Positions 1 through 10,147 of a DNA stretch of 64,000 bases are shown here, in pieces; within the stretch, counting starts at the first letter, position 1; every line of letters begins with the position of its first letter. The stretch is from Allocoleopsis franciscana PCC 7113 (GTDB lineage: Bacteria; Cyanobacteriota; Cyanobacteriia; Cyanobacteriales; Coleofasciculaceae): the NCBI RefSeq assembly GCF_000317515.1, contig NC_019738.1:1873623-1937622 (forward strand), read 5' to 3'. Position numbers and translations under genes: made by a program. The notes under the pieces were generated by a model. It worked only from the letters and a program-made list of their open reading frames with translations, searched no databases and had not been told where the DNA came from.

Positions 1-327
1 TCCATGAGCTTGCTGTTGTTAGGCTTACCCCTGAGTTTAGTGAATCAGTATGTTGCAAGCATATACTTTATGTTGCCGTCGCCCTCACCTGATGCTGACG
101 GCGTTGGATATGATCTCGCAATGTTCCTAATTCCGAGGGGACTCACTAATGTAGCAGCCAATTACGGGGATTGTCAGAACCGACAACAACGGTTTACCTG
201 ATGAAGGCGTTCTACAAAGCGGTGAACAAGACGGTTGAGGAACTGCCTAATTTCCTATTGCCGTTGAAATCAGAGGCCAATGAGGCACAGGTAAGATAGA
301 TGTGTCAGCCACCCACTTGTATCACTC

Positions 328-885
328 ATGGTTAATACAGGAACCCAACTTACTCTAGAAGAATTTCTAGCTCTCCCCGAAGGAGATGTAAACTATGAGT
401 TTGTCGATGGTCAGGCCGTTCCTAAAGTGTCTCCAAAATATTTCCACTCGACTTTACAGGCAGCTCTATTACTCCTCATACGTAGCTGGTGCAAGGGCAA
501 AGGTAGAGTTGGTTCAGAGTGGGCAATTCTCTTAAAGCGTCAAGGTAAAGATTGGGCACCTGTACCGGATTTGACGTATATATCCTATGAACGTCTACCC
601 AAAAGCTGGAAGCGGAATGAAGCCTGTCCTGCCTTTCCCGAACTGGTTATTGAGATTATCTCTCCCGACCAAACGATGAAAGAATTTGAAGAGAAGGCTA
701 AGGATTATTTGGAAGCAGGTGTATCACGAGTTTGGGTTGTAGACCCTGAAGGTATCAGCATTAGGGTCTTCTTTCCAGATGGGTCTAGTCAGGTTTATAG
801 GGATACTACGTCCATTGTGGATGCACTACTTCCTGGCTTGGAACTAACAACAAGGCAGGTTTTTGAAGAGGCGGATTTGTTATAG
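328..885 (+). CDS. Uma2-family (DUF820) putative restriction-endonuclease-like protein
   Basis: 185-aa ORF with the PD...ELVIEIISP...K..DY..GV..VWVVDP motif pattern typical of cyanobacterial Uma2 proteins. Confidence 0.75.
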   Translation: MVNTGTQLTLEEFLALPEGDVNYEFVDGQAVPKVSPKYFHSTLQAALLLLIRSWCKGKGRVGSEWAILLKRQGKDWAPVPDLTYISYERLPKSWKRNEACPAFPELVIEIISPDQTMKEFEEKAKDYLEAGVSRVWVVDPEGISIRVFFPDGSSQVYRDTTSIVDALLPGLELTTRQVFEEADLL

Positions 886-947
886 CGATCGCATGTTGGG
901 AGAGAACAGCGCATGATAGATGAAGGTATAGCTTTGGGGAACCGTGC

Positions 948-1214
948 ATGAGCAATAACTTTGTCGAGAAGCTACCTAAAGAGAAGATTGCTGAATTCTG
1001 CGATCGCTGGAAGATTACCGAATTGGCACTGTTTGGTTCGATTTTACGGGATGACTTTCGTCCAGATAGCGATGTGGATGTACTGGTGACGTTTGCACCC
1101 GATGCCAAGTGGGGCTTATTCAAGCTAGTTGAAATGCAGCAAAACTTAGAAACTATTGTAGGCCGAGACGTTGATTTAATAGAAAGAAAGGCGATCGAAC
1201 ATAGCCACAATTGA
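948..1214 (+). CDS. mntA: Nucleotidyltransferase-domain antitoxin (MntA-like)
   Basis: 88 aa; GS...D..SDVDVLV motif of minimal nucleotidyltransferases; immediately upstream of a HepT/DUF86 remnant. Confidence 0.7.
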   Translation: MSNNFVEKLPKEKIAEFCDRWKITELALFGSILRDDFRPDSDVDVLVTFAPDAKWGLFKLVEMQQNLETIVGRDVDLIERKAIEHSHN

Positions 1215-1254
1215 CTGCGTCGGAAAGAGATTTTAGGGAGTGCAAAGACATTTT

Positions 1255-1428
1255 ATGTCAAGAGACAACCAGACGCTATTAGACCTGGCGAGGTCAGCAC
1301 GACTGATAATTGAATTTCAACAGGGAATTGATCAAGCGACATTAGCGACTGATATTAAAACTCAATCTGCAATGTTGTATCACTTCTTGATTTTGGGTGA
1401 AGCTGTCAAACGGCTATCTCATCACAAG
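1255..1428 (+). pseudogene. hepT: HepT/DUF86 (HEPN) toxin remnant, C-terminal half missing
   Basis: MSRDNQTLLDL...ILGEAVKRLS matches the N-terminal half of DUF86 proteins. The conserved EF..QHPEIPW...RNILIHEY half is absent. The frame instead runs into the antisense of the caspase gene tail. Confidence 0.55.
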
Positions 1429-3064
1429 CCTCAACCCGATAGAACAAACCCCCACCAAAAAATCCACCCGCCACAAACCCACTGACAAATACCCACCCTG
1501 GAAGATGCCCTTCCGGCGCATCCAGCGAAAACCTCAAATTTCGATAGCCAACCCAGTAGTCGTTCACCCGCCAACCAACCTTATCCCCAAAATATTTCCA
1601 AATATCTACCTTGTCGTCCTGAATCGAATTCTCAATCTCCATCCAAATACGCTTTTGAACACTAAAACCGAAGCGTCCTTTACTGTACTTAACCCATAAT
1701 TCATCAATAGTACGTAGGTCTTGACAAGGAAACATTTCCATGTCTGATTCTGTTAGCCACCCCTCTTGTTCTCGACCCGAAACTTTAAGCATCACCGCCT
1801 CAGTTTCCCGATCCGCTTTTTGCCATTCTCCTGCTGCCAAAAACTCTTGCAATCGGGTGTAATCTACTCCCTTTTTTTCTTCTTTTTTTTCTTCATAATC
1901 TAGCTCACTCGTGAGTTTTCCCAACTGAGCATCAAGCGCAACACGAGCAAGCTGAGTGGGAGATGAATCTGAATCTAAAAAAGCAAATACAGAATCTATT
2001 TGTGTAAGAATTCGCATTTCAATGGGTGCGATATCTTCATCTCTAAGACCCAAAACCTTTTGTAAATCCTGTAACTCACCACGAATGTAATCACTTAACG
2101 GATATTCATGTTCGATCGCCTCTCGTAGTGCCTGCTCGTATTCGTGTACTTTTTTCTTATACTCTCGATAAGGCTTGAGAACTTCCGCCTCAATTACTGT
2201 TGCCTCCTCTCTAGGCAGTCCCAAACTGTCTCGTTTTGCATTTAAGATTCTCCGCCCTACTGGTGAAATCTTACCCCGATAAACATAACGCTCGACTTCT
2301 TTGCGATATTTCAAATTCGGGTTACCAATGGGCACTTTAGCCAGGATAATCTTGTATCCTTCCTTAACTGTATAGATTTCGGGTTTCATGGCGGGAGAGG
2401 CTTTCTGAACTCTGATACTCGCATACTCATGCAACTCATCTGCCGAAATCACCTCATCCTCATCTAAATCTGCTGCACCTGTCTCGATTCCCTCAACCAA
2501 AAAACGAGTATAAATCGAAAGGTCTGAGCCTTCCTGAGCGAAGGAATATTGAGTAGAGGTGGAAGAGGTGAGAATCACTCGCCCCTCCCCACCGAGTTGG
2601 GTTCTGATATCCACAGAACTGTCATCTTTGGCTAACAACCCTTCAGCAAATGCCCCACTAAAGCAACAGTCGAGAATCACCGCCTGTCGCCGAGCACGGC
2701 TATAACTCATGATTTCCTGCACAAATCGGGCGGCGATCGCCGTTGATCGGATTAATCCTCCTCGCTCATTTTTGCGCGTCGCACGAGTGGCTAAATACAG
2801 AGTCCCACTCTCATCCTTGACACCGTGACCAGAAAAATATAAGAGTAAGAGGTCATCCCGGTTGCGATCGCCAAACAAATTCTCAATCGCAATTCCCATC
2901 TCCTGGGGTTCCGGATCGATTAGCGGAATCACCTCATCAAAATCACCCATATCTGGATGCTGCCAAACCCGCTGCATTGCCGCCACATCTTTTGCCGCAG
3001 CAGGAAGCTGATTGAAACCAGCTCCATATTGACTGACTCCAATCAGCAGTGCCATCTTAACCAT
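1406..3064 (-). CDS. Orthocaspase (peptidase C14) fused to a GUN4-like domain
   Basis: N-terminal caspase fold with His (YFSGHGV) and Cys (VILDCCFSGAF) dyad intact. C-terminal TIDELWVKYSKGRFGFSVQKRIW...LDAPEGHLP GUN4-type domain. Low-complexity tail suggests altered C-terminus. Confidence 0.7.
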   Translation of the reverse strand: MVKMALLIGVSQYGAGFNQLPAAAKDVAAMQRVWQHPDMGDFDEVIPLIDPEPQEMGIAIENLFGDRNRDDLLLLYFSGHGVKDESGTLYLATRATRKNERGGLIRSTAIAARFVQEIMSYSRARRQAVILDCCFSGAFAEGLLAKDDSSVDIRTQLGGEGRVILTSSTSTQYSFAQEGSDLSIYTRFLVEGIETGAADLDEDEVISADELHEYASIRVQKASPAMKPEIYTVKEGYKIILAKVPIGNPNLKYRKEVERYVYRGKISPVGRRILNAKRDSLGLPREEATVIEAEVLKPYREYKKKVHEYEQALREAIEHEYPLSDYIRGELQDLQKVLGLRDEDIAPIEMRILTQIDSVFAFLDSDSSPTQLARVALDAQLGKLTSELDYEEKKEEKKGVDYTRLQEFLAAGEWQKADRETEAVMLKVSGREQEGWLTESDMEMFPCQDLRTIDELWVKYSKGRFGFSVQKRIWMEIENSIQDDKVDIWKYFGDKVGWRVNDYWVGYRNLRFSLDAPEGHLPGWVFVSGFVAGGFFGGGLFYRVEACDEIAV

Positions 3065-3074
3065 TGATTATGTC

Positions 3075-3506
3075 CTAACTTCCTGCTGCTAAAAAGTCTT
3101 TAGCTGCCTCAATAGCGGCAGTTAATTCTTGCTGACTATAGGCTTTAATTTCCAGCTTTTTGCCGTCAGCCTCTACCTTTAGTTCAATTGGCTTGCCCGA
3201 CAATCGCTCCCAGATAAATCCCAAAAGTACCTTAATATTGGCTAGATTAACCTCAGCCTGCAACAGCCCAATCAGAAATGCTGCATTGAGTGGCTTGCTG
3301 CCTGCGGGTGGATTTGGCTCTGGTATGCGATGAACTTGCTTCACCTCATCAATGTCCTTCATTTGTTGAAAAAGACGTTGTGTCAAGGCTTCCAGTTCCT
3401 CTGGAGCTAAATCCGGCTCTGTATTTCTCAAATCGATGGTAACGTCTAAATCTGAACCTTTAGGGGCTATTGCGACCTGAATATTGGATGTATTCGCCAT
3501 TTCCAA
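3075..3506 (-). CDS. Hypothetical 143-aa protein co-operonic with caspase and WD40 kinase
   Basis: ORF between kinase and caspase on the same strand with short spacers (164 nt to kinase, 10 nt to caspase); no recognisable motif. Confidence 0.45.
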   Translation of the reverse strand: MEMANTSNIQVAIAPKGSDLDVTIDLRNTEPDLAPEELEALTQRLFQQMKDIDEVKQVHRIPEPNPPAGSKPLNAAFLIGLLQAEVNLANIKVLLGFIWERLSGKPIELKVEADGKKLEIKAYSQQELTAAIEAAKDFLAAGS

Positions 3507-3670
3507 CCTTAAGTATCGTAGCTACAATTTAATACAAGCCCCGTCAAGTCTTCATCGCCCACGAATGGACTTGGCTGTTTTGAATTGTAGCGTCTATTAC
3601 TATTTGAGAACAGGTTAACTAATATTAAACGGGACAGTTTTCAGCACTGCTCATCTGAGCCAAACTGACC

Positions 3671-5671
3671 TTAATTCGGCATTCGCCAAATTTTAATCGT
3701 ACCGTCAGCACTGGCACTCACTAATTTCTTTCCATCGGGCGTTATCAAAAGTGAATTCACTGAGCTAGAATGCCCTTCAATTGTTTGGATTTCTCTCCCG
3801 GTAGAAATATTCCAAATTTTGATTTCATGATCAGCACTGGCACTGACTAATGTATTCCCATCAGGAGTTATCGCTAAGGGCTTCACCGGGCTGGAATGTC
3901 CGGTGAGAGTGAAGAGTTCTTTCCCAGAAGATAAATCCCAAATTTTGATAGTATTGTCTGCACTAGCACTGGCTAACTTCCTACCATCCGGCGTTATAGC
4001 AAGGGAATTAACTGAACCGGAATGTCCGGTGAGAGTGAGGAGTTCTTTCCCAGAAGATAAATCCCAAATTTTGATAGTATTGTCCGCACTAGCACTGGCT
4101 AACTTTTTACCATCTGGTGTAATAGCGATGTAATTTACATAACTCGAATGCTCATTAAGGGTGAGGAGTTCTTTCCCTGTAGAAAAATCCCAAATTTTAA
4201 TGGTATGGTCTGCACTTGCACTCGCTAATTTTTTACCATCTGGGCTGATAACGACATAATTCACATAGCTAGAATGTCCCTTGAGGGTTTTGATTTTTTG
4301 ACCAGAATCAAAATCCCATATTGCGATTGTATTGCCAGTCCCTCCAGTAGCCAGTGTCTGCCAATCTGGACTAAGGGCGAAGTAATTAATCGGGATAGAA
4401 GCTTCAATAAGTGTGCGGATTTCTTTTCCTGTAGAAAAATCCCAGAGTTTAATCTTCTTATCGGCACTACTACTGAGTAAACTCTTTCCATCAGGCGTCA
4501 TGACTAGGTAATTAATATAGCTTCCATCCCCAACAATTGTGTTAACGAGTAAGCTAGCTGGAGGAAGATGGTTTTGGTAAAGTTGCCAAATACCATAACC
4601 TCCTATCATCAGAGTCAGAGCTGCTACTCCTCCCATTAGCCATCTTTTTTTAAAGGCTCTATCTTTGTGTCCAACCCAAGATAAATTATCATAAGATTGA
4701 ATTGAAGTATCCTTGTTCAAATGAGTTCCTAATGGGGGTTGAATGGCGTCTTGGGGAAGCTTATAAATACTGGCAATCTCATCTAAAATTTCCTGAGTAT
4801 TTTTATGGCGTTTAGCGGCGGTGGGAGCCATAAGCTTATCAATTAAATTGGCAAATGGTTCAGAAACATCCAGAGCCAGCTTCCGCCAATGGCAGGTATC
4901 CGTTAAGGGTTCATAGATGGCTGAATCCGTAGCCTGCTTACCTGTCAGTAAATAGACAAAAGTACGACCTAAAGCATAGAAATCCGATTGGGGTACGGCA
5001 TGACCCTTTTCTTGCTCAGGGGGTGTGTATCCAGCCGAACTAATCTTGGTTACACTCCCTGCTCCACCGACATCAGCCAGGTAAGTAAAGGTCAACTCTC
5101 TAGCCGTACCAAAGTCAATTAATACCAATTGACCATTAGGGCGAATCATTATATTTTCTGGTTTTATATCTCGATGGAAATAGTTTTTTTGATGAACCAG
5201 ATGCAAAATTTCGGCTAGCTGTTTTAACCAATTAAATGCTTGTTTTTCGGAAATGGGATGATTTCCTTGCTGCTTCATCCACTGTTTTAAGTTGAGTCCA
5301 TCAATTTTCTCCATGATGATGCAATGCACTGGCTCAGTGCTATTTTTCGGAAAAAACTGAAAGTACCCATCCGGATCAACTCTAGGGGTGCCAGGATGGT
5401 TCAGTTGGCTCAAGACAGCAGCTTCTTGTTGGAATAGCTCGATGATTCTGGGCTTATCGTTATGTTTTTGTTTAAGGACTTTTAGGAGTTTGGGGATTGC
5501 CCCATAGTAAGCTTCATAAACCTTGCCAAAACCGCTGCTGTCACTCAGCAGACGCATAACCTGATAGCGCTCTTGTAGTAACAACTCGGAGCCACAATTG
5601 CGACATACGCGATTGTTAAGATTGGCTGGATCATTGGGCTGAGGACACTTGGGATTAATACAGTAGCTCAT
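3671..5671 (-). CDS. Ser/Thr protein kinase with N-terminal Cys4 zinc-ribbon, TM segment and C-terminal WD40 beta-propeller
   Basis: CINPKCP...CRNCG; HRDIKPENIM; DFG; about 7 WD40 units (GH...WD). Confidence 0.85.
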   Translation of the reverse strand: MSYCINPKCPQPNDPANLNNRVCRNCGSELLLQERYQVMRLLSDSSGFGKVYEAYYGAIPKLLKVLKQKHNDKPRIIELFQQEAAVLSQLNHPGTPRVDPDGYFQFFPKNSTEPVHCIIMEKIDGLNLKQWMKQQGNHPISEKQAFNWLKQLAEILHLVHQKNYFHRDIKPENIMIRPNGQLVLIDFGTARELTFTYLADVGGAGSVTKISSAGYTPPEQEKGHAVPQSDFYALGRTFVYLLTGKQATDSAIYEPLTDTCHWRKLALDVSEPFANLIDKLMAPTAAKRHKNTQEILDEIASIYKLPQDAIQPPLGTHLNKDTSIQSYDNLSWVGHKDRAFKKRWLMGGVAALTLMIGGYGIWQLYQNHLPPASLLVNTIVGDGSYINYLVMTPDGKSLLSSSADKKIKLWDFSTGKEIRTLIEASIPINYFALSPDWQTLATGGTGNTIAIWDFDSGQKIKTLKGHSSYVNYVVISPDGKKLASASADHTIKIWDFSTGKELLTLNEHSSYVNYIAITPDGKKLASASADNTIKIWDLSSGKELLTLTGHSGSVNSLAITPDGRKLASASADNTIKIWDLSSGKELFTLTGHSSPVKPLAITPDGNTLVSASADHEIKIWNISTGREIQTIEGHSSSVNSLLITPDGKKLVSASADGTIKIWRMPN
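3893..4144. repeat. Near-identical tandem 126-nt units (two WD40 blades) inside kinase gene
   Basis: 3893-4018 and 4019-4144 differ by only a few nucleotides. This also creates a spurious + strand ORF at 3903-4133. Confidence 0.6.
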
Positions 5672-6022
5672 GGCTAGCTACCTCGTTGTTGCCTCCCTAA
5701 TCATAGGATGGTCATTGAGAAATCATCTAGTCAAGGCAATATTAATTTTCTTCCCTAGGACAGCAGAAGAACTCTCTGGAAGGGACTGAGAGAAGAAAGG
5801 ACTGGGACACTAATAGAGTTCTCTCTAACGGAGTATCTCCAAAGCGACACCTGTTTCCCCGTCATCCCCCTCTCGTTAAAGGCTCAATCCCCAACGTGGT
5901 CAGCCTTATATATTCCATCGATGAATTTAATACAAAATGTTGAAAAAACTGCATTAAACTTCGTGGTGGAACTGCTAAGGTGTAAAGAAGCATTTCAAAA
6001 GAGCTAAAAAAGATAAAGATAT

Positions 6023-6820
6023 ATGATCGGCGTTGCTACCTCCGACTTGCAACCACCCCAATGCTACCCACGTCACAACCCTGTTCCTCGATCGCATCAT
6101 CTGACCGTTTTTTGCGACTTTGATGGCCCGATCGTTGATGTCTCCCAGCGCTACTACAGCACTTATCAGTTGGCATTGGCGGATACTCAGGAATTCTACC
6201 AGCGTCAAGGTAGAACTCTGCCCATTCAGAGACTCCAGAAACAGCAGTTCTGGCAAATGAAGCAAGATCGGGTTCCCGATGTAGAAATTGCGATGCGCTC
6301 TGGTTTACAGGGGGAGCAAATCGATTTCTTTTTGGGGCGCGTGATTGAGATTGTGAATCAGCCTGCCCTGTTGAACCTTGATCGGCTGCAACCGGGAGTG
6401 AGTTGGGCGTTGGCGTTGCTACATTCTCAGCGTGTTCGCCTGGTGTTAGTCACGCTGCGCTGTCAGGAGCAAGCGACGCAGATTTTAAGAAACCATGGAT
6501 TGACTCGTCTGTTTAGTGGCATTTACGGAACCAATGACCGCGATGCCGCCTATCACAACTATGCTGAAGGGAAAACACAACTTTTAGCCAAGGCAATAGA
6601 GGAACAACCTCTGCTCACTGGGCATCAGATGTCAGCGTGGATGATCGGTGATACAGAAGCCGATCTCTTAGCCGGACAAGCCCTGTCCATCCCTACCATC
6701 GCCCTCACCTGCGGCATTCGTTCTCGGATGTACCTCAAGCAATTTCATCCGACTCGCATCCACACAGACCTACTTTCTGCGGCTCATTACATTTTAGAAA
6801 GTTTGAAGGTTGAAGGCTAA
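6023..6820 (+). CDS. HAD-superfamily hydrolase (phosphatase-like)
   Basis: FCDFDGPIVD motif I near N-terminus, MIGDTEADLLAG motif near C-terminus. Confidence 0.6.
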   Translation: MIGVATSDLQPPQCYPRHNPVPRSHHLTVFCDFDGPIVDVSQRYYSTYQLALADTQEFYQRQGRTLPIQRLQKQQFWQMKQDRVPDVEIAMRSGLQGEQIDFFLGRVIEIVNQPALLNLDRLQPGVSWALALLHSQRVRLVLVTLRCQEQATQILRNHGLTRLFSGIYGTNDRDAAYHNYAEGKTQLLAKAIEEQPLLTGHQMSAWMIGDTEADLLAGQALSIPTIALTCGIRSRMYLKQFHPTRIHTDLLSAAHYILESLKVEG

Positions 6821-6848
6821 AGGATGAAGACGAAAAGGGGTTGAAACT

Positions 6849-7394
6849 TCATGAAGGCTCCAGTACATTGATCCGCTCCCACCAGCGATTGAGCGGATAA
6901 TAAAGAACGGGTGCCCAAAGACTACTGAGAATTGCCGAAGACAGTGCGATACGCTGATGGTCAGCCCAAATTTCAGCCAGGTTGCGATCGCCCATAAAAC
7001 TATACTGAATCGCGGTCACCGTCTCTCCAACAACCGCCATACCAAATACAATTAACGCGACCGAAATAAAATCTTCTTGTATATAACGTTGCTTCTGAAT
7101 CCGAGCTGTCAAGATTCCGACTAAGGCAAGGCTAATAATATGAGTGGGCTGAGGGGAAGTCATGCCATCTTGAATCAACCCCAGCACTAGTCCTGCTAAG
7201 GCTCCCTGTAAAACTGTACGCTTGAGGCTCCAGGCAACGACCCAAATTAATAACCAGTTTGGAGCAATACCCAGTAATTCCATCCCCGGTAAACGTGCCG
7301 GTAACACGAGCAAACAGAGCATGACTGAACCAACAGTCACAACCCAATTAAGAATTTGGCGAGCCCAGGGGGAAAACTGAGAAACGTTGTTCAT
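6849..7394 (-). CDS. mreD: Rod shape-determining protein MreD
   Basis: Small polytopic membrane ORF immediately downstream of mreC in mreBCD order. Confidence 0.6.
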   Translation of the reverse strand: MNNVSQFSPWARQILNWVVTVGSVMLCLLVLPARLPGMELLGIAPNWLLIWVVAWSLKRTVLQGALAGLVLGLIQDGMTSPQPTHIISLALVGILTARIQKQRYIQEDFISVALIVFGMAVVGETVTAIQYSFMGDRNLAEIWADHQRIALSSAILSSLWAPVLYYPLNRWWERINVLEPS

Positions 7395-7447
7395 TGCTCA
7401 TTCATCATTCGTCATGAATAATTAGTCCAAAGACCGGAGTACGCGGA

Positions 7448-8200
7448 CTAATGAGTAAAAGTTGTTCCTTCCGGATAAACCATGACCCACTCCAGGTAAC
7501 TCACGGGTGCCGTCAACTCAATGACAGCTTCGGGAGCCGGACTTTTATCAAGATTGACAGACTCCACACGCCCCAAGGGTAGACCCGGTGGGAAGAGTTG
7601 ACTAACGGGCGAGGTTGACACCACATCACCGCGTTTGACATCTGGCACCTTATCAAAAAACTGTAGTACAGCACGGTTAGAGCCTTGGCCTCGGATAAAA
7701 CCCATGCTCCGACTACGGCTGAGTACAGCCCCCACCCGACTGGTGGCATCGCTGATCAGCAAGACACGACTGCTATTTGGTGTCACACTAGAGATACGAC
7801 CCACTAAGCCACCCGGTGCCATCACAATATAGCCGGCCTTAATGCCATCATTACTGCCTCGACCTAAGGTTACTTGTTGCCACCAATGGTCAGCACTACG
7901 CCCCACAATCGGAGTAACAATTCCTTTTTGTTTCTGAGTTTTAGAATAATCTAACAGCTCTTTGAGCTTTTGGTTCTGGCTTTCAAGTTCGACTAAGCGT
8001 TCTTGTAGTTCCACGACTCGCGCATCAGTAAGGCGCTCTTCTTTTGTTGGACCGACTTGAAAGGGACGAGTTATCAACTGGTAAGTTTCATAGATTGCTG
8101 CCCCTTGGGTCTGGCGAACCACCCAGGCAGCACTCAATGTTAGTCCTCCCAGCACAATGGCTACCCCATGCCGGTCCCACCAACGACGCATTATAAACAT
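7448..8200 (-). CDS. mreC: Rod shape-determining protein MreC
   Basis: N-terminal anchor, coiled-coil (LQERLVELESQNQKLKELL), beta-rich C-terminal domain; downstream of mreB. Confidence 0.75.
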   Translation of the reverse strand: MFIMRRWWDRHGVAIVLGGLTLSAAWVVRQTQGAAIYETYQLITRPFQVGPTKEERLTDARVVELQERLVELESQNQKLKELLDYSKTQKQKGIVTPIVGRSADHWWQQVTLGRGSNDGIKAGYIVMAPGGLVGRISSVTPNSSRVLLISDATSRVGAVLSRSRSMGFIRGQGSNRAVLQFFDKVPDVKRGDVVSTSPVSQLFPPGLPLGRVESVNLDKSPAPEAVIELTAPVSYLEWVMVYPEGTTFTH

Positions 8201-8316
8201 AGCTATCTAGCAACGCTCGGCGTTCAGCCGACGTGTGTATCTTCTAGGGTTGCAGGTATAGGGATTGTGTAGTTAAGAATATAACTCCTCAAAGCGAGAG
8301 ATTCGCTTGCTGAGCC

Positions 8317-9360
8317 TTACATATGGCGAGAACGCCCACTAAACACCCGTTCTAACTGTTTGAAGTTCTCTAGAACTCGACCCGTTCCTAAAACTACGCA
8401 GCTCAAGGGATCGGCTGCTACATGGGTGACAATGCCAGTCTCATGACTGATCAGTGTATCCAGCCCTCTTAATAAAGCGCCGCCCCCCGCCAGCATAATG
8501 CCCCGGTCAATAATATCAGCCGCTAGTTCCGGAGGAGTCCGCTCTAGCGTCCGCTTCACCGCATCCACAATCACGGAAAGCGGTTCTGACATACTTTCAC
8601 GGATTTCTGGCCCTTTGATGGTGACAGTGCGTGGTAAGCCAGAGAGCAAGTGTAAGCCCCGTACTTCCATATTGGCATCATCATCGTGATGAGTCGGGTA
8701 AGCTGAACCGATCTGAATTTTGATTTCTTCAGCGGTGCGCTCCCCAATGACCAAGTTATGAACCTTCTTCATATACTGGGTAATCGAGTCACTCAGTTCA
8801 TCTCCAGCAACCCGCACGGATTCACTCAGAACTGTCCCTTGTAAACTCAGCACAGCGACTTCAGTTGTGCCACCACCAATATCGATGATCATGTTGCCTG
8901 TTGGCTCGGCTACAGGTAGCCCAGCACCAATTGCTGCTGCCACAGGCTCATCTATTAAGTAAACATCTCTTGCGCCCGCCTGAGACGCGGCTTCCATTAC
9001 CGCCCGTCGTTCGACGCCTGTTACACCGCTCGGAATGCCAATCACAATCCGAGGTGAAACCAAGGTTCTGCCTTCATGAACCCGCCGGATAAAATGCTTC
9101 AGCATTAATTCTGCGGTATCAAAATCGGCAATCACGCCATCGCGGAGAGGACGAAGGGCAACCACATTACCTGGGGTTCTGCCCAACATTTTTTTGGCAT
9201 CCTCGCCTACGGCTAGCGGAACTTTTAAGTCCTGGTCCATGGCGACGACGGAAGGCTCTTGAAGAACAATGCCTTTTCCAGATACGTATACTAAAGTATT
9301 AGCAGTACCCAGATCTATACCCATGTCCCGTGATAGGGAAAAGCGACTGAAAAAACCCAC
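8317..9360 (-). CDS. mreB: Rod shape-determining actin homologue MreB
   Basis: [24 protein letters not shown], actin-fold phosphate motifs. Confidence 0.9.
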   Translation of the reverse strand: MGFFSRFSLSRDMGIDLGTANTLVYVSGKGIVLQEPSVVAMDQDLKVPLAVGEDAKKMLGRTPGNVVALRPLRDGVIADFDTAELMLKHFIRRVHEGRTLVSPRIVIGIPSGVTGVERRAVMEAASQAGARDVYLIDEPVAAAIGAGLPVAEPTGNMIIDIGGGTTEVAVLSLQGTVLSESVRVAGDELSDSITQYMKKVHNLVIGERTAEEIKIQIGSAYPTHHDDDANMEVRGLHLLSGLPRTVTIKGPEIRESMSEPLSVIVDAVKRTLERTPPELAADIIDRGIMLAGGGALLRGLDTLISHETGIVTHVAADPLSCVVLGTGRVLENFKQLERVFSGRSRHM

Positions 9361-9673
9361 TCGTTTCTACGCCCCCAAAGTCAAATGCTGCTGTATACGA
9401 CCGAAATGTAAATGAACCGTAACCGATGTGGATTCTATTACGTTTCTTGAGCTGAGTCTAGTGAGGTAAAGCAATTCATTATCAGAAATCATCAACAATC
9501 AAGCTGAAACTATCATTCAGGTGAGGTCATACCCTATCCGGGTGAAAGTTAAATTCAGTATATTCCTTCCTTATTTAAAGATTTGGTAAAGTTTCCCCGC
9601 CTCAGTCATTGTTATTGTCTCGCTAAATTCGTTAAAGTAGATCCGCAAGATAAGTACAAGAGTACTAAAAACG

Positions 9674-10039
9674 ATGAGTCTCAATGTTGTCAATCTAGTT
9701 GGTCGGGTGGGTGGAGATCCAGACGTGAAGTATTTCGAGTCTGGCAAGGTTAAGTGTAAGCTAACGCTGGCAGTGGATCGGCGGACACGTAATAATGATC
9801 AGCCTGACTGGTTCAATCTAGAGCTATGGGGTAAGACAGCGGAAGTGGCTGCTAATTATGTTCGCAAGGGAAAATTAATCGGAGTACAAGGCTCTCTGAA
9901 GATCGAACACTGGAGCGATCGCACCACAGGAGTAGATCGTTCAACCCCCATCATCCAAGTGGATCGGCTGGAATTATTAGGTTCCAAACGAGACAATGAA
10001 CCGGGCAGCGTTAATCAATTTAACGATACAGAATTTTGA
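9674..10039 (+). CDS. ssb: Single-stranded DNA-binding protein
   Basis: NLVGRVGGDPDVKYF...G..V.KF.LAV OB-fold start and acidic C-terminal tail (DTEF). Confidence 0.85.
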   Translation: MSLNVVNLVGRVGGDPDVKYFESGKVKCKLTLAVDRRTRNNDQPDWFNLELWGKTAEVAANYVRKGKLIGVQGSLKIEHWSDRTTGVDRSTPIIQVDRLELLGSKRDNEPGSVNQFNDTEF

Positions 10040-10147
10040 GAGATTTGAGTTGTAGAGGTATCGGCTTAACTATAGCCCATACTCGGTGTTAAACAACAAT
10101 CTCCAGAGGCATAACTTCCTTACCCTGCGAGTCTGTGAATCTCAGAA

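Noticed and set aside
806-1210. 134-aa minus-strand ORF
   Set aside because: Lies antisense to the well-supported Uma2 and MntA genes; low-complexity translation. It is an overlap artefact.
3903-4133. 76-aa plus-strand ORF with internal repeat
   Set aside because: Antisense of the near-identical WD40 units of the kinase gene. The repeat produces the open frame.
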